A stretch of 62,331 nucleotides of DNA, filler included, from Dugesia japonica (taxonomy: Eukaryota): NCBI GenBank assembly GCA_001938525.1. It is 6 parts of 6 records of this genome, joined end to end, with 100 filler letters (N's around TTAATTAATTAA, not from the genome) between each part and the next. Parts side by side here need not be neighbours in the genome. Positions count along the whole stretch, not along the records: positions 18,797 to 28,227 come from MQRL01166117.1; positions 28,328 to 41,567 come from MQRL01626614.1; 4 more parts are not named here. One strand, written 5' to 3'. Both the position numbers and the translations under genes were made by a program. The notes beneath the pieces are model-generated. The model was given only the letters and a program-made list of their open reading frames with translations. It ran no database searches and was not told where the DNA came from. This document shows positions 27,590 to 39,929 of the stretch, piece by piece; within the stretch, counting starts at the first letter, position 1, and the number at the start of each line of letters is the position of its first letter.

Positions 27590-27885
27590 ATGTTAGGTGA
27601 TACTTACTCGCCAAACTTTACCATATCCGAGTGCATAAACAATACGAATGAACAACTAGCGAAACCCGATGTTAAAAGTATTGGTTTGGATCAAAGTTTT
27701 GAAGATCAGTTACTTTCAAAACTTCCTCAAATTGTTGCTATCGAACGAGCAAGTATTCAATACCAAGTTATTGATCAAATCTATCCGAGTCTTTCAAAGT
27801 CATTTCAAAATTGTTTCAATAGTCCGGTTTTGGATTTGTTAGTCGTGGTTCTCGATCCAAATAAATTGGTATCGTTTTTTCAAGG
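27590..27885 (+). CDS. Probable isolated internal exon of a host gene (possibly the S1-S2 loop/S2 start of another Kv channel)
   Basis: Open 296-nt frame between a pyrimidine-tract TATAG acceptor and a GG|GTAAAA donor; higher GC than flanks. The product guess is weak. Confidence 0.55.
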
Positions 27886-28227
27886 GTAAAACTATTTCAT
27901 TTGTTTTCATAAAATTTATAATAAATAATTATCATATTTTCATAATTGATTGATTTGGTAACATTTCTAATTTTTCAATTTTTGTTCTATTTGTAAATAC
28001 TCTTAATTGGTTTCAATACTATTGGTCAATTTTATAATATTCATTGTAAGAAATAATCTATATTTATAAATGATTTCTTGTTTTCAATCGTTTTGTTAAA
28101 TTTCTGAATTTTATTTTCATTTAACTCATTGATAACTGAATTTACAATTATTAAGAAGATAAACTAACTAGTACTTGGAAACAGCCTCAATAATTAACTG
28201 ACTAAAAATATTCTTGTTGCTTTTAAA

Positions 28228-28327
28228 NNNNNNNNNNNNNNNNNNNNNNNNNNNNNNNNNNNNNNNNNNNNTTAATTAATTAANNNNNNNNNNNNNNNNN
28301 NNNNNNNNNNNNNNNNNNNNNNNNNNN
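28228..28327. other. Artificial contig spacer
   Basis: N44-TTAATTAATTAA-N44. Confidence 0.95.
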
Positions 28328-28662
28328 GAAAAATTTTCAAGAAAAAGTATGAGTCATCAAAAAATTCAAAATGGCCGGAGGGTGGGGGGTAGGGGGAGGG
28401 GAGGGAAGGGGTAGGGAAAGGGGTAGGGGAGGGGTAGGGTGGAGGGTAGGGGGTATCTAAATTTCTTTGTTCTGACATTGAAAATTTTTTGAAAAAAAAG
28501 TGGGCGGGCAAAAAAAAGTGTGCGTGTCCAAAAAAGTGGGCGGAGAAAAAGATAAAAAGTAGGCGGAGTCCAAGAAGGAGCGGAGTCCAAAAAGTAGGTG
28601 GGCAAAAATGGGGGGTATCCCCCCCGAGGGGCCCCGGTTTGGTGCGCTCATATCTACCTACT
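28328..28662. mobile_element. Polinton terminal inverted repeat (right end) abutting a pPolB gene
   Basis: Ends GTGCGCTCATATCTACCTACT, 19/21 identical to the 48658-48678 end. G-run tract and repeated AAAAAGTGGGCGG units. pPolB begins mid-motif at the next base. Confidence 0.75.
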
Positions 28663-30110
28663 AATATGCATAATACAGATTATAAATGCTTTATATATAG
28701 CATACTTACAGTGCTGAAGTATATTAATGTTAAGAATTATCGATCTAAAAAACATAACGGTTATTTAAATGAATTAGCATATGATGAGCTAAAAATGCCG
28801 ACAAAGTTCATCAATATTTCAGAATTTGAGAAGAAATATAATTTATCGATAACAATGTGTAAATTTAATAAAACTATTGATAAACAAGAAAATGAAATTT
28901 TTTATAAAAAATCATATGTGGATATCATTTTCAGAACAAAAAACCCAAATGGACGCCTTATAATTTTCTTAGTTTTGGAAAATGATCAAGACTTACATTA
29001 TACTGCAGTGGTAAATTTGGATCGATTGCTGAATTTAGTTGATTGAACACAAAAAATCCAAATTAGAAGAAAATGGTGTATCAAGTGCTTACATGGTTTC
29101 AAGACTCAATCCAAGTTTAATCGTCATGTAGCTCTATATACATCAAATACAGAGAAGACAATCTTATATAAAATGCTCGAAGAAAAAAAATTAAAATTCA
29201 AAGATTATGTAAAATAAATAACACCGGCTTTCGTAATATATGCAGATATTGAAGCTGTTCTTGTAACAGAAATAGATAGTAGTTTAGTAAAACATGTGCA
29301 AATTACTATAGAAGGTTTATTGATTCCATTATTGGATACAACAATTAAATGCAAGTACTATTCGCTTTCCGGTACAAACTGTATAATTGTATATACAAAC
29401 TGTCCTTACAATGCATTGCTAAGTTATAACTTATCACACACAATTAGAATGGAGTTACATGTTGTTTTTCATAACTTTAAAGGTTATGACTTACATTACA
29501 TAATTAAATATGCGCTCAAGTAATTTCCGCATTGGAATCTCAAACCAATTGCATAAATAACTGAAAAGCTTTTGGCAGTGTTTGCAAATGTTAGAAATCA
29601 CATCACTGTGCGATTTATTGATTAATTCCAATTTCTCAGTTCCAGTTATATTAATATTGACAAAATCCCTTGAATGCTTGTCAATAATATCAACTAAATT
29701 TCCACATGGTTAACAAAGCAAAGATATATTCCCATATAAATTTGCAACTTCGTATAAAATGCTTATAAATCAAACCGAGTTACCAGAACAATAGCCAGAA
29801 ATAACAAGTGGAGAATAGAAAATTGCAAAGTTGTCATGGATAAAATCGAAAAGAAATAACTTGCTGGAATACATGATGTATTATATGAAGCTAGATATAC
29901 ACTTGTTGGCTGGTTTCTTTCAAACATTCCGTAAAAAGCATTTGAAGAACATGGATTGGAGCCACTACGATTGGTTTCATTACCATAACTGAGCTGGTGA
30001 AGTGTTCTCAAGTCGAAGGATAGACCAATAGAATTAATCCAAGATGCTGAAACAAATCGTTTATTTGAGTTAAAAATTTGTGGAGGAATGACTTTTGTGA
30101 ATAAACATTA
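28663..30110 (+). pseudogene. Polinton protein-primed DNA polymerase B remnant (copy 1)
   Basis: NMHNTDYKCFIYSIL, ISEFEKKYNLSI, LHYTAVVNLDRLL, exo I YADIEA, exo II VVFHNFKGYDLHYII, RFID.FQF, ICGGMTFVNKH; many stops. Confidence 0.9.
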
Positions 30111-30214
30111 AAAAAACATAAACAAAATTGGAATTCAGAGAGATATCCGAACAAAGTCTATGATTGTTTTGGAATAGATATAAAAGCTATAATCAAAGTT
30201 TATAACAATAATAT

Positions 30215-31068
30215 TGTCGGGGTTTACACGACACTTGGACTCCAATTTCAATTCAATTCAATTTAATATCTGATCAATAGGTTACGTCTCTGTCAATTTA
30301 GTTTCCAAAATAAGTTATAATTACTATAAATTGAATTGAATAAAATCTTCAAATAAATTTATTGATTCAACAAAATTTCTACACAAAAACTTTCACTCTA
30401 AATCCCGAAAATACTTCACTCAAAAACTCTCACAACACTTCTGAATTTTACCAATAATGCATTCATTTATATAGCACTTTTTATGCACACATAATTATGG
30501 ACTTTACACAAATTTCTAACAATTAATTGTATCAACCAATAATAATTCAATACACTCAAAATTGACTTTACAAATATTCTCCAATAAAATATCTCATCCA
30601 TAAGACAACTATCCAATCAAATGATTTGGTCAAATCGAAACTCCACTGGTCGCACACAAACTCTAAATTTTCGCTATCAAAATTGTTAGTAATCTCTATA
30701 TATCTTATATCTAAAATATTTTCTGTTCAAATTAATTATTTCATTTAAATTTAATTATTGAGAGTTTTCATAATGTATTTTGCTCGCTTTCTCATCTACC
30801 AAAATAATTTCGCATTATTAATGATGATTTTAGGTTTTTAGATTTTATTTGAATTTATATCAATTATCAATTTATGTTTTCCCTTTTAGATACACTCTTA
30901 TTATCATGAATCAATTTTAAATTATTTATTTCATTATTTTTATTTTACATAATTTATTTTTACAATTTTATTTACAATATTATATACATTCAAATTTACA
31001 TTAATAATTTTATGATATATGTTTTTGTAATTTAAATTTATATTTTATTTTATTTTTTAACTACTACA
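30215..31068 (-). mobile_element. Solo LTR (gypsy-like) with 4-bp ATAT TSD
   Basis: ATAT|TGTCG..CTACA|ATAT. Minus-strand TATATAAA (~30470) followed ~110 nt later by AATAAA. Confidence 0.75.
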
Positions 31069-31849
31069 ATATGAAAAAAGAAATTTGGTTATGTGAAAAA
31101 TGAAAGTCTGTAATCCTCAAACAAATAATTGAAGATTTTATTGAAATTCAAATGTAAATGATGAGATCTGAATAAATATTAGTCATTACTTTGTTGTATT
31201 ATCATGTGTTTATTATTTAATGGTTATTTTTATCTGAGTATCAAACATAGTGATTAATTTTCCTCGGAAGAATCACTTGATTTTTCAAACTTTTTTATAA
31301 ATGATTTTATAGTAATTTTCTGGTTTAATGTTTAAATGGTTCTTTCTTAATTTCTCTCTTTTAACTAGATTNACCATCTTTTGCTCTATTTTACCCTATT
31401 CTCCACAATTTTCCATATTTTACCCAGTTTTGGTCGATTTTAGCCGATTTTCGCATAGTTTGCCCGATTTTCTGACATTTTGCCTAATTTTCTAATATTT
31501 TACCGGATTTACCCATATTTTCTTTATATTTATGTATTAAGTTTCAAATGATAATAATAACTTATGGTTTATTTTATTGAATAAAGGATTAAGTCTATTA
31601 CTATTTCAGCTCAGTATAGGTTTCAACATGAAAATAATAAGTTAATCTTGTGAAAAATAGGTATTCTATTTGATAAAATCCTTTATATGAAAAGAATGAG
31701 TTTCATCATATAAAAATTTTGAACTTATCACAGAAAATACAAATTATACCATTAGAAAATATGAGTTTGGACATAGGAAATATTTAATAGAGTAAATCTA
31801 GTCTCTAATTATACTGCATTTATTCTATACATAATCATTTAATATGCTT

Positions 31850-32420
31850 AATTTGTCTACTTGTTTTTTATCGATTTTTACTTATTTCCCTCCATTTTCC
31901 ATACTTTAGCTATTTCACGTCATTTATCTTCTATTCTCGTAATTTACCACTATTTAGCTATATTTTCTCTCTTTTCAATTGAGATTTAATGCATACCTTC
32001 ACTTAATATTTTCAGAGACCTCTTTTAACTTACCTTTAAAGAGTGTCATATATTGATACATGAAACAATAAGACTGAGTAATAGTGAGTAAGAGTTTATA
32101 TGACATGCTTTTTATTTAAAATAATATAACTATTTCAGATTATTTTAATTGTCTGATTATTCTTCTGCATCTTTGCTTGCTCATAGGCACTCCTGATTGC
32201 TCTTTAGTTTAATGGGTTTCTTTTTCTTTTAAATATTACATCATCAGTAACATTGTTAGAAAATAAGAGTTTTACATAGAAAATACTGATCTCAACATTA
32301 GAAATACTTGATTCGACATTGAAAATATTAGTTTCAACAGATAAATTTATGGTCTCATAATAAGAACAAAAATTTTAACAAGAAACTATGGGTTTTATAA
32401 TGAAAATATTAGTTTTATCA
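31850..32420 (-). repeat. Dispersed non-coding repeat, copy 2
   Basis: Reverse-complement match to 8520-9058. Confidence 0.7.
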
Positions 32421-32734
32421 TTGAATATAAGACTATTAAATTAAATATATTCAATACACTACATTATGATTTATTGATATTTTCAACAATAGACCAACAC
32501 TGAAGCAAGCAAGTAATACCTATTCTATTTTTCTGATCCAAACTAGCTTTCGCTTGATTTTCAGTAAGTTTCTTTGCTATAAGTTAGAAAAATGATAAGT
32601 AAAGATAAGAGTGAGATTGTAGCTAACCAGCATTTATTCTAACTCCGACCCCGCAGAACCTTCAGACAGGAGGTACAGATATCGGCTAGTTTTAATGAAC
32701 AACTAGCTACAACGACAAACTAGCTATAACGAGA

Positions 32735-33000
32735 TTTAATCAAAAATTTTATAGTAATCGATAAAATTATTTGAAATTTCATAATAGTCGATAAAGATTT
32801 TATGAAATTGCACAGCAGTCAATACAGATTTTATAAAATTGCATAGTAGTCGATAATTCTTTCAAAATCCTATGTAAAAGAATGGGAAAATAAATCTGAA
32901 AATGACTGAAAATATTTTATGAAATTGCACAGTAGTCACAAATTATTTTATGAAATTTTTTAGAAGTATAAAAAGATTTTATGAAATTTACATGAAGTAT
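32735..33000. repeat. ~31-bp degenerate tandem array
   Basis: Unit approximately GATTTTATGAAATTGCACAGTAGTCGATAAA, about 7 copies. Confidence 0.8.
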
Positions 33001-33733
33001 TCCAAATAAATGCACAATATGGTGTATTACATACATAGTTCAAGTCTACTACAAATACAGTATGAGTACATTACAAGTGTCATTCACATGACATTCTAAT
33101 ATTACTTAAGAAAAGGAATACATGGAAATTATTGATTATAATACTAACAAGTTTTAAATTGTTAATTTTTTAAATGGTTTCAATTCTTAATAGTAGAGAA
33201 TATCTAAACATACACAATACAACAGCTCTTAACAAACACAGCTCTCCCTATCATCAAGTAGTACCATACACAATACTCGATATCATCAGGTCTTAACATA
33301 TATAATACTCGATATCAAGTCTTAACACCTATTCACCTATTAATCATATACTTGTAATATTATTTCATTTAATCATTAAAGTTCTAATCAATCATTAACC
33401 TTTTAAATAAATTAATTTATTCATTTAAATATTTTAATTAAAATATTAATTAATTAATTAGTTAATTATTAGTTAGTTAATTAATTAACTGTAATAATAA
33501 ATATCTTTTGAACTAAAAATTACACTGACAAATCTTGAACATTCTTCGTGATAATTTATCCTAAAATATTCAAACATATTAAAGGTACTTAGATATGAGC
33601 TTATCAAAACAAGCTCCTTTAATTTTTCTACTTTTTAATAAAAATTTCCGTTTATACTTTTAGTAATTGTGACAAATTCAATAATAATAACCAAAAGCAA
33701 ATACACCTAAAATCTAATTTACAAAATATCTAT

Positions 33734-35164
33734 TCATTTATTACAATAAATATCTTTTAAAAGTCTAATTACACTGTCAATTCTTGAACACTGTTCTTCG
33801 TAATTTATTCTAAAATTTCTACAAACATTTTCTAAATTAATAATAGCTTTTAATGTAATATCAAGTTTCGACTGAGTGAAATAACCAGTATTTATTTTAC
33901 TATCAAAGTTATCAAATTTAACTTTCAGTTTTTTGATTGTGTATCTCATGTTTTTTAAAGCTTTCTTTAACACTAAACATTCGACCTTTGTCTTAAATTG
34001 GCCTCCATTATAGTAACGATTCAAATTAACAATAAGATTTCTTGATTCATTTTGATTATATTGAAAACTGGCGAATTTTGCTTTGATGTCTATAATTTCA
34101 GATTCTATTTCTTCTGAAGGATATACGTTTTTCTTTTGATTAATTAATTCTGAAGATAACAATAAACTTTGAAGATAGTAAAAACAATATTTCAATTCTT
34201 TATTTATAAATTTTGATTCTAAAGTCAAATGAGTATTTTCTTCGTTTATTTCTATAGAACATTTTTTTCTTGGTTTTATTATTTTACTAAATATCTTTGA
34301 TAACAAATTTTCTATTAAAAAATCTGCATTATTTAAATCTTTGAAAGCAAATTTCATATATTTTATTTTCATCCTTTGATAATCTTTTAATAAAAAATCA
34401 ATAATTATTCCTGTAAAATAAATTTGTTGATTGTATAAATTATCGCATTTTCCGAAATATTTTGAAATTATTTCAATATAATTCCACATTTCAGTTCGAT
34501 TAATTTTATTTTTTAAATACTCGCCGATTTTTGATTGAATCTTAGATATTAAATCAAAATAATATTCATTAAATTTGTGTAAAGTTCTGAAATTATCAAT
34601 CAATTGACTAACTAATTTTAAAATGTTTCTGAAGAAATTTTCGGAATTAAATTGGATCGATAACATATCCGAATAAATATATTCAATTTCTTTTAAAGAA
34701 TGGTTTGTCACTTTTCGTACCTTTTTTGCTGAGCAATTATTATTAAATTGTTTTGATATTTCATAAACGTTCTCATCTGAAATTTATATACAGTTATTAT
34801 CAGGCAGCACCAGTTCTGTAAATGATTTGAATCTTTTATCGATTTTCGATTTGTAATATTGACTTTTGAAAATTGATTTGTTAATTTCTTCACAAAAACT
34901 TATAACGAGTGGTTCAATTTTAAAAAATTCCAAAGATAATTTAAGCTTATTATGATTTAAAACAATATTATGATCAAGTGACGGATTTTTAAAGATGATT
35001 GATTTAATATCTAAACGATCAAATGGGCATCTCATGTTTTTTTGAATTAATTTCATTTAACATTCAACACAAATCACCTGATAGCATTTTTCTAAAATTA
35101 CAAAAGTTTTATCTTCATAATCCTCACAACAAATTAGACAAATATTTTCATCATTTTTTTCCAT
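33734..35164 (-). pseudogene. Intronless N-terminal RING-finger protein (~476 codons, two in-frame TAA)
   Basis: MEKNDENICLICCEDYEDKTFVILEKCYQVICVEC*MKLIQKNMRCPFDR. ATG at 35164 and track ORFs 35056-34784 and 34711-33734 share one frame. Confidence 0.75.
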
Positions 35165-35970
35165 TTTGGTATAATTATTAAAACAAATATTTACAAATAA
35201 AAGGTTATTTTATTAAATTATTATTTACAATAATGCTATTGGATATTTATTTAATTAATAATATTGTTTTTATTTCTAATATAATTGATTTAATTTGAAA
35301 AATAATTGAAATTTTGAAAATCAAAGAATAATTGTTATGAAATATTTCTGACAGATTATCTATAATCTTCATGTATAAAATTTAATAAATGACAAGAATT
35401 CTGATATATTATGATTATGTATTCAACTATGTATTCTTTTAAACAAATGAAATTAATTAAAATTATTCAATAAAACCATATAAAAACTTGTCAGATCATT
35501 TATTTTGAATTATCAGATCAAATCAATGAAGTTTCTCAATTATTTCTCTCATTAATCATTGAAATAATTACAGTAAAATTTGTAAAATAATCGATATTAA
35601 TAATTGATTTAGAACTAATATATTGTTCAGCAATATTTCCACTAACCAATCAATGATGTCCTGAAATATTGAAGAGATTGTGTAAATTATATCCAATATA
35701 TGTGAAATTACACTCATTATATTCATATTTATAACAATTTCAGAATACAGAAATATAATAAAAACATTATTTCTAAATATTGGAACACGTTTTAAAATTT
35801 AATAGATAAATCAATAAATATAAGAAATTTATAAATTTTTAATCTTATGAGGTTCAAACAAGCATTTGAAGGTCTCATTGAATTATTTAAATTAATATGA
35901 ATTGTTGAAGAGAATACACAATATAATTTTAATATGTAGTATCATTTAATTTGATTTTAAAAATTTGATT

Positions 35971-37232
35971 ATAAATGACAATTAACCCGTTGATAGATGC
36001 AACAAGGAAATAAATTTTAAAATAGTGTATCCATAGAAAAATAAGCGCATTAAAAGAAACAATGAACAATGTGCGACAACATTTATATATTATCTAAAGG
36101 AAGTAAGATTTACTAGATGAGCGCTATCTAAATAATTACATTATAAAACACTAAATTTGAAATATTAATGAGAAAATACATAATTGAAATCCAAATTAAA
36201 TTATATATTTAAATTTCTAGGAAAATTAAAAAATATTTAACAGCACGCAAAAATAAATATAGACGAGATTAAAATTTAAAAGGGAAATTTTAAAAATTAA
36301 ATTTAGAAAATTTTAAAATTATCGCAATAAAAATTATTAAAATAATTTTATTTTATTATTAATTGAATTAATATATATCTTAGAAAATTATTTGGTATTT
36401 ATAAGTTTGAAATTAAAAATATTGTTGTAAAATAAGCAATGTTAAGTTAAGTGAGGATGAACTCAATTTATAAAAATTCAGTCTAGTATTGAATCGTTAT
36501 ATGAATATTATTTGAATAGGTAAAAATAAATCTAATGCGAACGTGGATATTTCTAATTTTAAAATGTTTTCTAAACAATTTACAAATTATTGGAAGAGAG
36601 AATTGAATAAACATGAAATGATTACACAAACAACTATTTCGATTTGGATTATTTTGTAAAATTTTCTAATAGGTTTTTACTAGGTTTTATTTATTTTATG
36701 TCTGTAACTTTTTAATAAAATTTCAAAAAATTTGGAATTTTTATTAGTGGTTTAAAATTTTAATAAATATTTTAAAACTTTTTAAAAAAGAAAAACACTT
36801 TTTTTAAATTAGGAAATTTTTTGATTAATTAGATTTTAAATATTTGCTAATAAATGACAATTAACCCGTTGATACATCTAGCAAGGAAATAAATTTAATA
36901 ATAAAAAATAATAAATATGTAATAAAATACTCGCATTTAAAGAAACAATGAACAATGAGCGTAAACATTTACATATTTATAAGAGGCAATATCTACTAAA
37001 TGTGCTTTATCAAAACAGTTTCATTATAGAACACTAAATGTGAAATATTAATGAGAAAATACAGTATTGCAATTCAAATTAAATCATTTTTTTTATATTT
37101 AAATTTTTAGGTAAATTAAAAATATTTCACAACACACAAAAATAAATATAAACGATATTTAATTTTTTTTCGCAATTTAAAAAATTAAATTGAGAAAATT
37201 TTAAAATTATTTCAAAAAAAATTAATAAAAAT
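35971..37232. repeat. Diverged ~380-bp direct repeats (35971-36350, 36850-37232)
   Basis: Shared blocks ATAAATGACAATTAACCCGTTGATA, AAAGAAACAATGAACAATG, GAAATATTAATGAGAAAATACA. Confidence 0.85.
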
Positions 37233-39416
37233 TACCGTTTAATTAAAAATTTAAAAATGTGGATAAAATTTAGTAATTTGTTAAGTTATTTTACTAGGTT
37301 TCATGTTGATTCGGTGCAGTCAAAACAATCGATATTTGGGAAGTGTTTTGCTAAATTCTATTTAGAATCTGCGAATTTAATTTAAAATTTTTACAGTCAT
37401 CTTGTTGAGAACATTTTAACTATTTGTTATTGTTATACTAATTTTCTATTTGATTTATAATTGTTAATTTTGTGTCGAAGTTGTCGTTTTAAATTTTAAT
37501 TATTTTTCAACTAGTTTGGTTTTAACTAAAATTTTATTAGGTAATTTGAGGTTGTAAATTGTTTGTTAAACAAATATTATATCAAAGATTTATAAATAAT
37601 ATTTGTATTTTCAGAGTTAGATATATTTTAAAAAGAAGGTTACCAATTAAATTTATAAAATTTACTTTCGAAAAGTTAACAAAAATTTAAAAATTGTAAA
37701 AACTAAATTCGAAAATAACTTTATTTAATTTAAATTAATCGCCAAAAGTTAAAACAAATGAATAATTCGTATTGGCCCCACACGAAAATGTTCAATTAAT
37801 TCTGAACCAAATTGAAAATCTTTCTGTCAATGGAATTCTGAAAACTTTGTTAGTGGAGGAGGAAATTTTATAAATATTCCTTTCCTTGTAATATTAAATT
37901 AAGTTAATTTAATTTAGTTAATTAACTGAATATTTGTGTTCTGCAATAAAAGAATCAATTATCTAAAATTTGGCATATTTATGTAAAAAATTAAATATTT
38001 AATAGAAAATGTATAAAAATCCCATTTAAAAATTTTTTTTATGTAAAATTTTTATTATTTTAGAAAGAAAAAAATTTTTAGTTTTATTTCATTAAAATAA
38101 GATAAGGCTTCGATCAAAACAAAATTTATTTGTAAAAAAAGTTCAAATTTTCGACANNNNNNNNNNNNNNNNNNNNNNNNNNNNNNNNNNNNNNNNNNNN
38201 NNNNNNNNNNNNNNNNNNNNNNNNNNNNNNNNNNNNNNNNNNNNNNNNNNNNNNNNNNNNNNNNNNNNNNNNNNNNNNNNNNNNNNNNNNNNNNNNNNNN
38301 NNNNNNNNNNNNNNNNNNNNNNNNNNNNNNNNNNNNNNNNNNNNNNNNNNNNNNNNNNNNNNNNNNNNNNNNNTATATTATACTTAGAATTTTTTAATTT
38401 TGATTTTTGATTTTTTTGTATTTTTTTTATTTAAAATTTTCAAAAAAAGCCCATTTTGTTTTGTACTTTTATGAAAATTTTTTTAAAAATTTTTATTTTG
38501 TTTTGTGTTTTTAATACATATAATTTATGTTAAAAATATTATTTTTTTTAAAAATTTCTTTATTAAAATTCATTCAAAAATGAACTANNNNNNNNNNNNN
38601 NNNNNNNNNNNNNNNNNNNNNNNNNNNNNNNNNNNNNTCTTTATTAAAATTCATTCAAAAATGAACTAATTTTACATAATATTATAAAATTAATTTTTTT
38701 CTGAACTAAAATTTTTTTTTTAAAATTATTTTAAAATTAGTATTAGGACAACTAATTAATATATTTAATTAATATTATTAATATTATACTTAATTAATAT
38801 TATTAATATTATACTTAATTAATATTATTTCGTTTTTTTAAATTTTTTATATAAAAAATATATTAATTTTAAAAAAATTTATTTATAGATATTTATATAG
38901 ACTTTTTTTTTAAATCAAAAATATCTCTTTTTTTAGTTTTATTAATAAGAAAATTCTTTTAAAAATCTTTTTATTTTTTGTTTAAGAAATTTCTGTCCAC
39001 ATAAGAAAATTCAAATATCAATATTCATACCAGAGTAGGGCTGCCAGGTAAAACCGTAAAAATTACCGGACAAAATTTTGAAGTGAAACCTTTTAAAATA
39101 AAACTAAATTTTAAAATAAAATTATGCTTTTTTATTTTTTGTATATTTTTTGTATATTTTTCATTTTGGTTTTGGGAAGTAGCTTTTAGCAGTTTTCATT
39201 TTTAGAAAATATTTCTCTTACATTTTGCCATGTATAAGGGATATTAAAGAAGATACAATATTCGCTTTTAACTAAATTCAACGACATTCGATTTCATTCG
39301 TTGGTTCATAGATTGGTACAAATATATTAATACAATTTTAATACAGTAATTTTTATTTACCAATATCGATTGATTTTCGATTGAACTGACTTGAGTTGGA
39401 TAGATTATCTCCAGCA

Positions 39417-39850
39417 AGTAAGGGGATAGTAACGCACGGCGCCACTTTGAAAATTGGGACAATTTAGAGGAGCTCCCACCCCGAAGGAGGGGCTCGGAAG
39501 CACATTACGATTGTCCTGGTTATTTTTTTCTAAAATTTTTAGGATCAAAATTTTTTGATTGGATCGTTTTTTATGATTGGATCATATTTTTTTGATCCTG
39601 GTGGCGTGTTTATTTTTTAATTTTAAAATTTGTGTGTGTTTGTGTTGTTAAGATGTTTTTTTAAAAGTAGGTCAAGTTGAGTTTGTGTGTGTGTTTGTTT
39701 TTGTGTGTGTGTAAGAGTGAATTTGCACTCGAAGTGGAGCTGGAGATCTTGAAAATAATTTTTTTGAAGTTTTTAAGATTTAGTTGTTGTTGGACAAAAA
39801 TTTGGTCTATATATTGTTTAAATGACTTATGAGGTTGGATGGATGGTTTG
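39417..39850. mobile_element. Polinton terminal segment (left end)
   Basis: AGTAAGGGGATAGTAACGCAC, 17/21 identical to the reverse complement of 48658-48678; adjoins a truncated pPolB. Confidence 0.65.
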
Positions 39851-39929
39851 TCCTAGAAGTGTAATTTGGCACGGGGACAGTCGTATGAGTTATCGTGGGG
39901 TTTTATTTGGAGGCTGTATTGTAAATTGC

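Noticed and set aside
28272-28651. Pro-rich minus-strand ORFs and the basic N-terminus of ORF 28489-29046
   Set aside because: They are translations of the G-rich Polinton TIR; only 28663 onward is pPolB.
33734-35164. Alternative genetic code (TAA read-through) to explain in-frame stops
   Set aside because: Stops of all three types plus frameshifts occur in the decayed elements, and the intact K+ channel exon has no internal stops and ends in TAA.
39036-39240. TAGGGCTGCCAGGT hAT-like terminus
   Set aside because: Only one end is visible; no partner TIR or TSD found.
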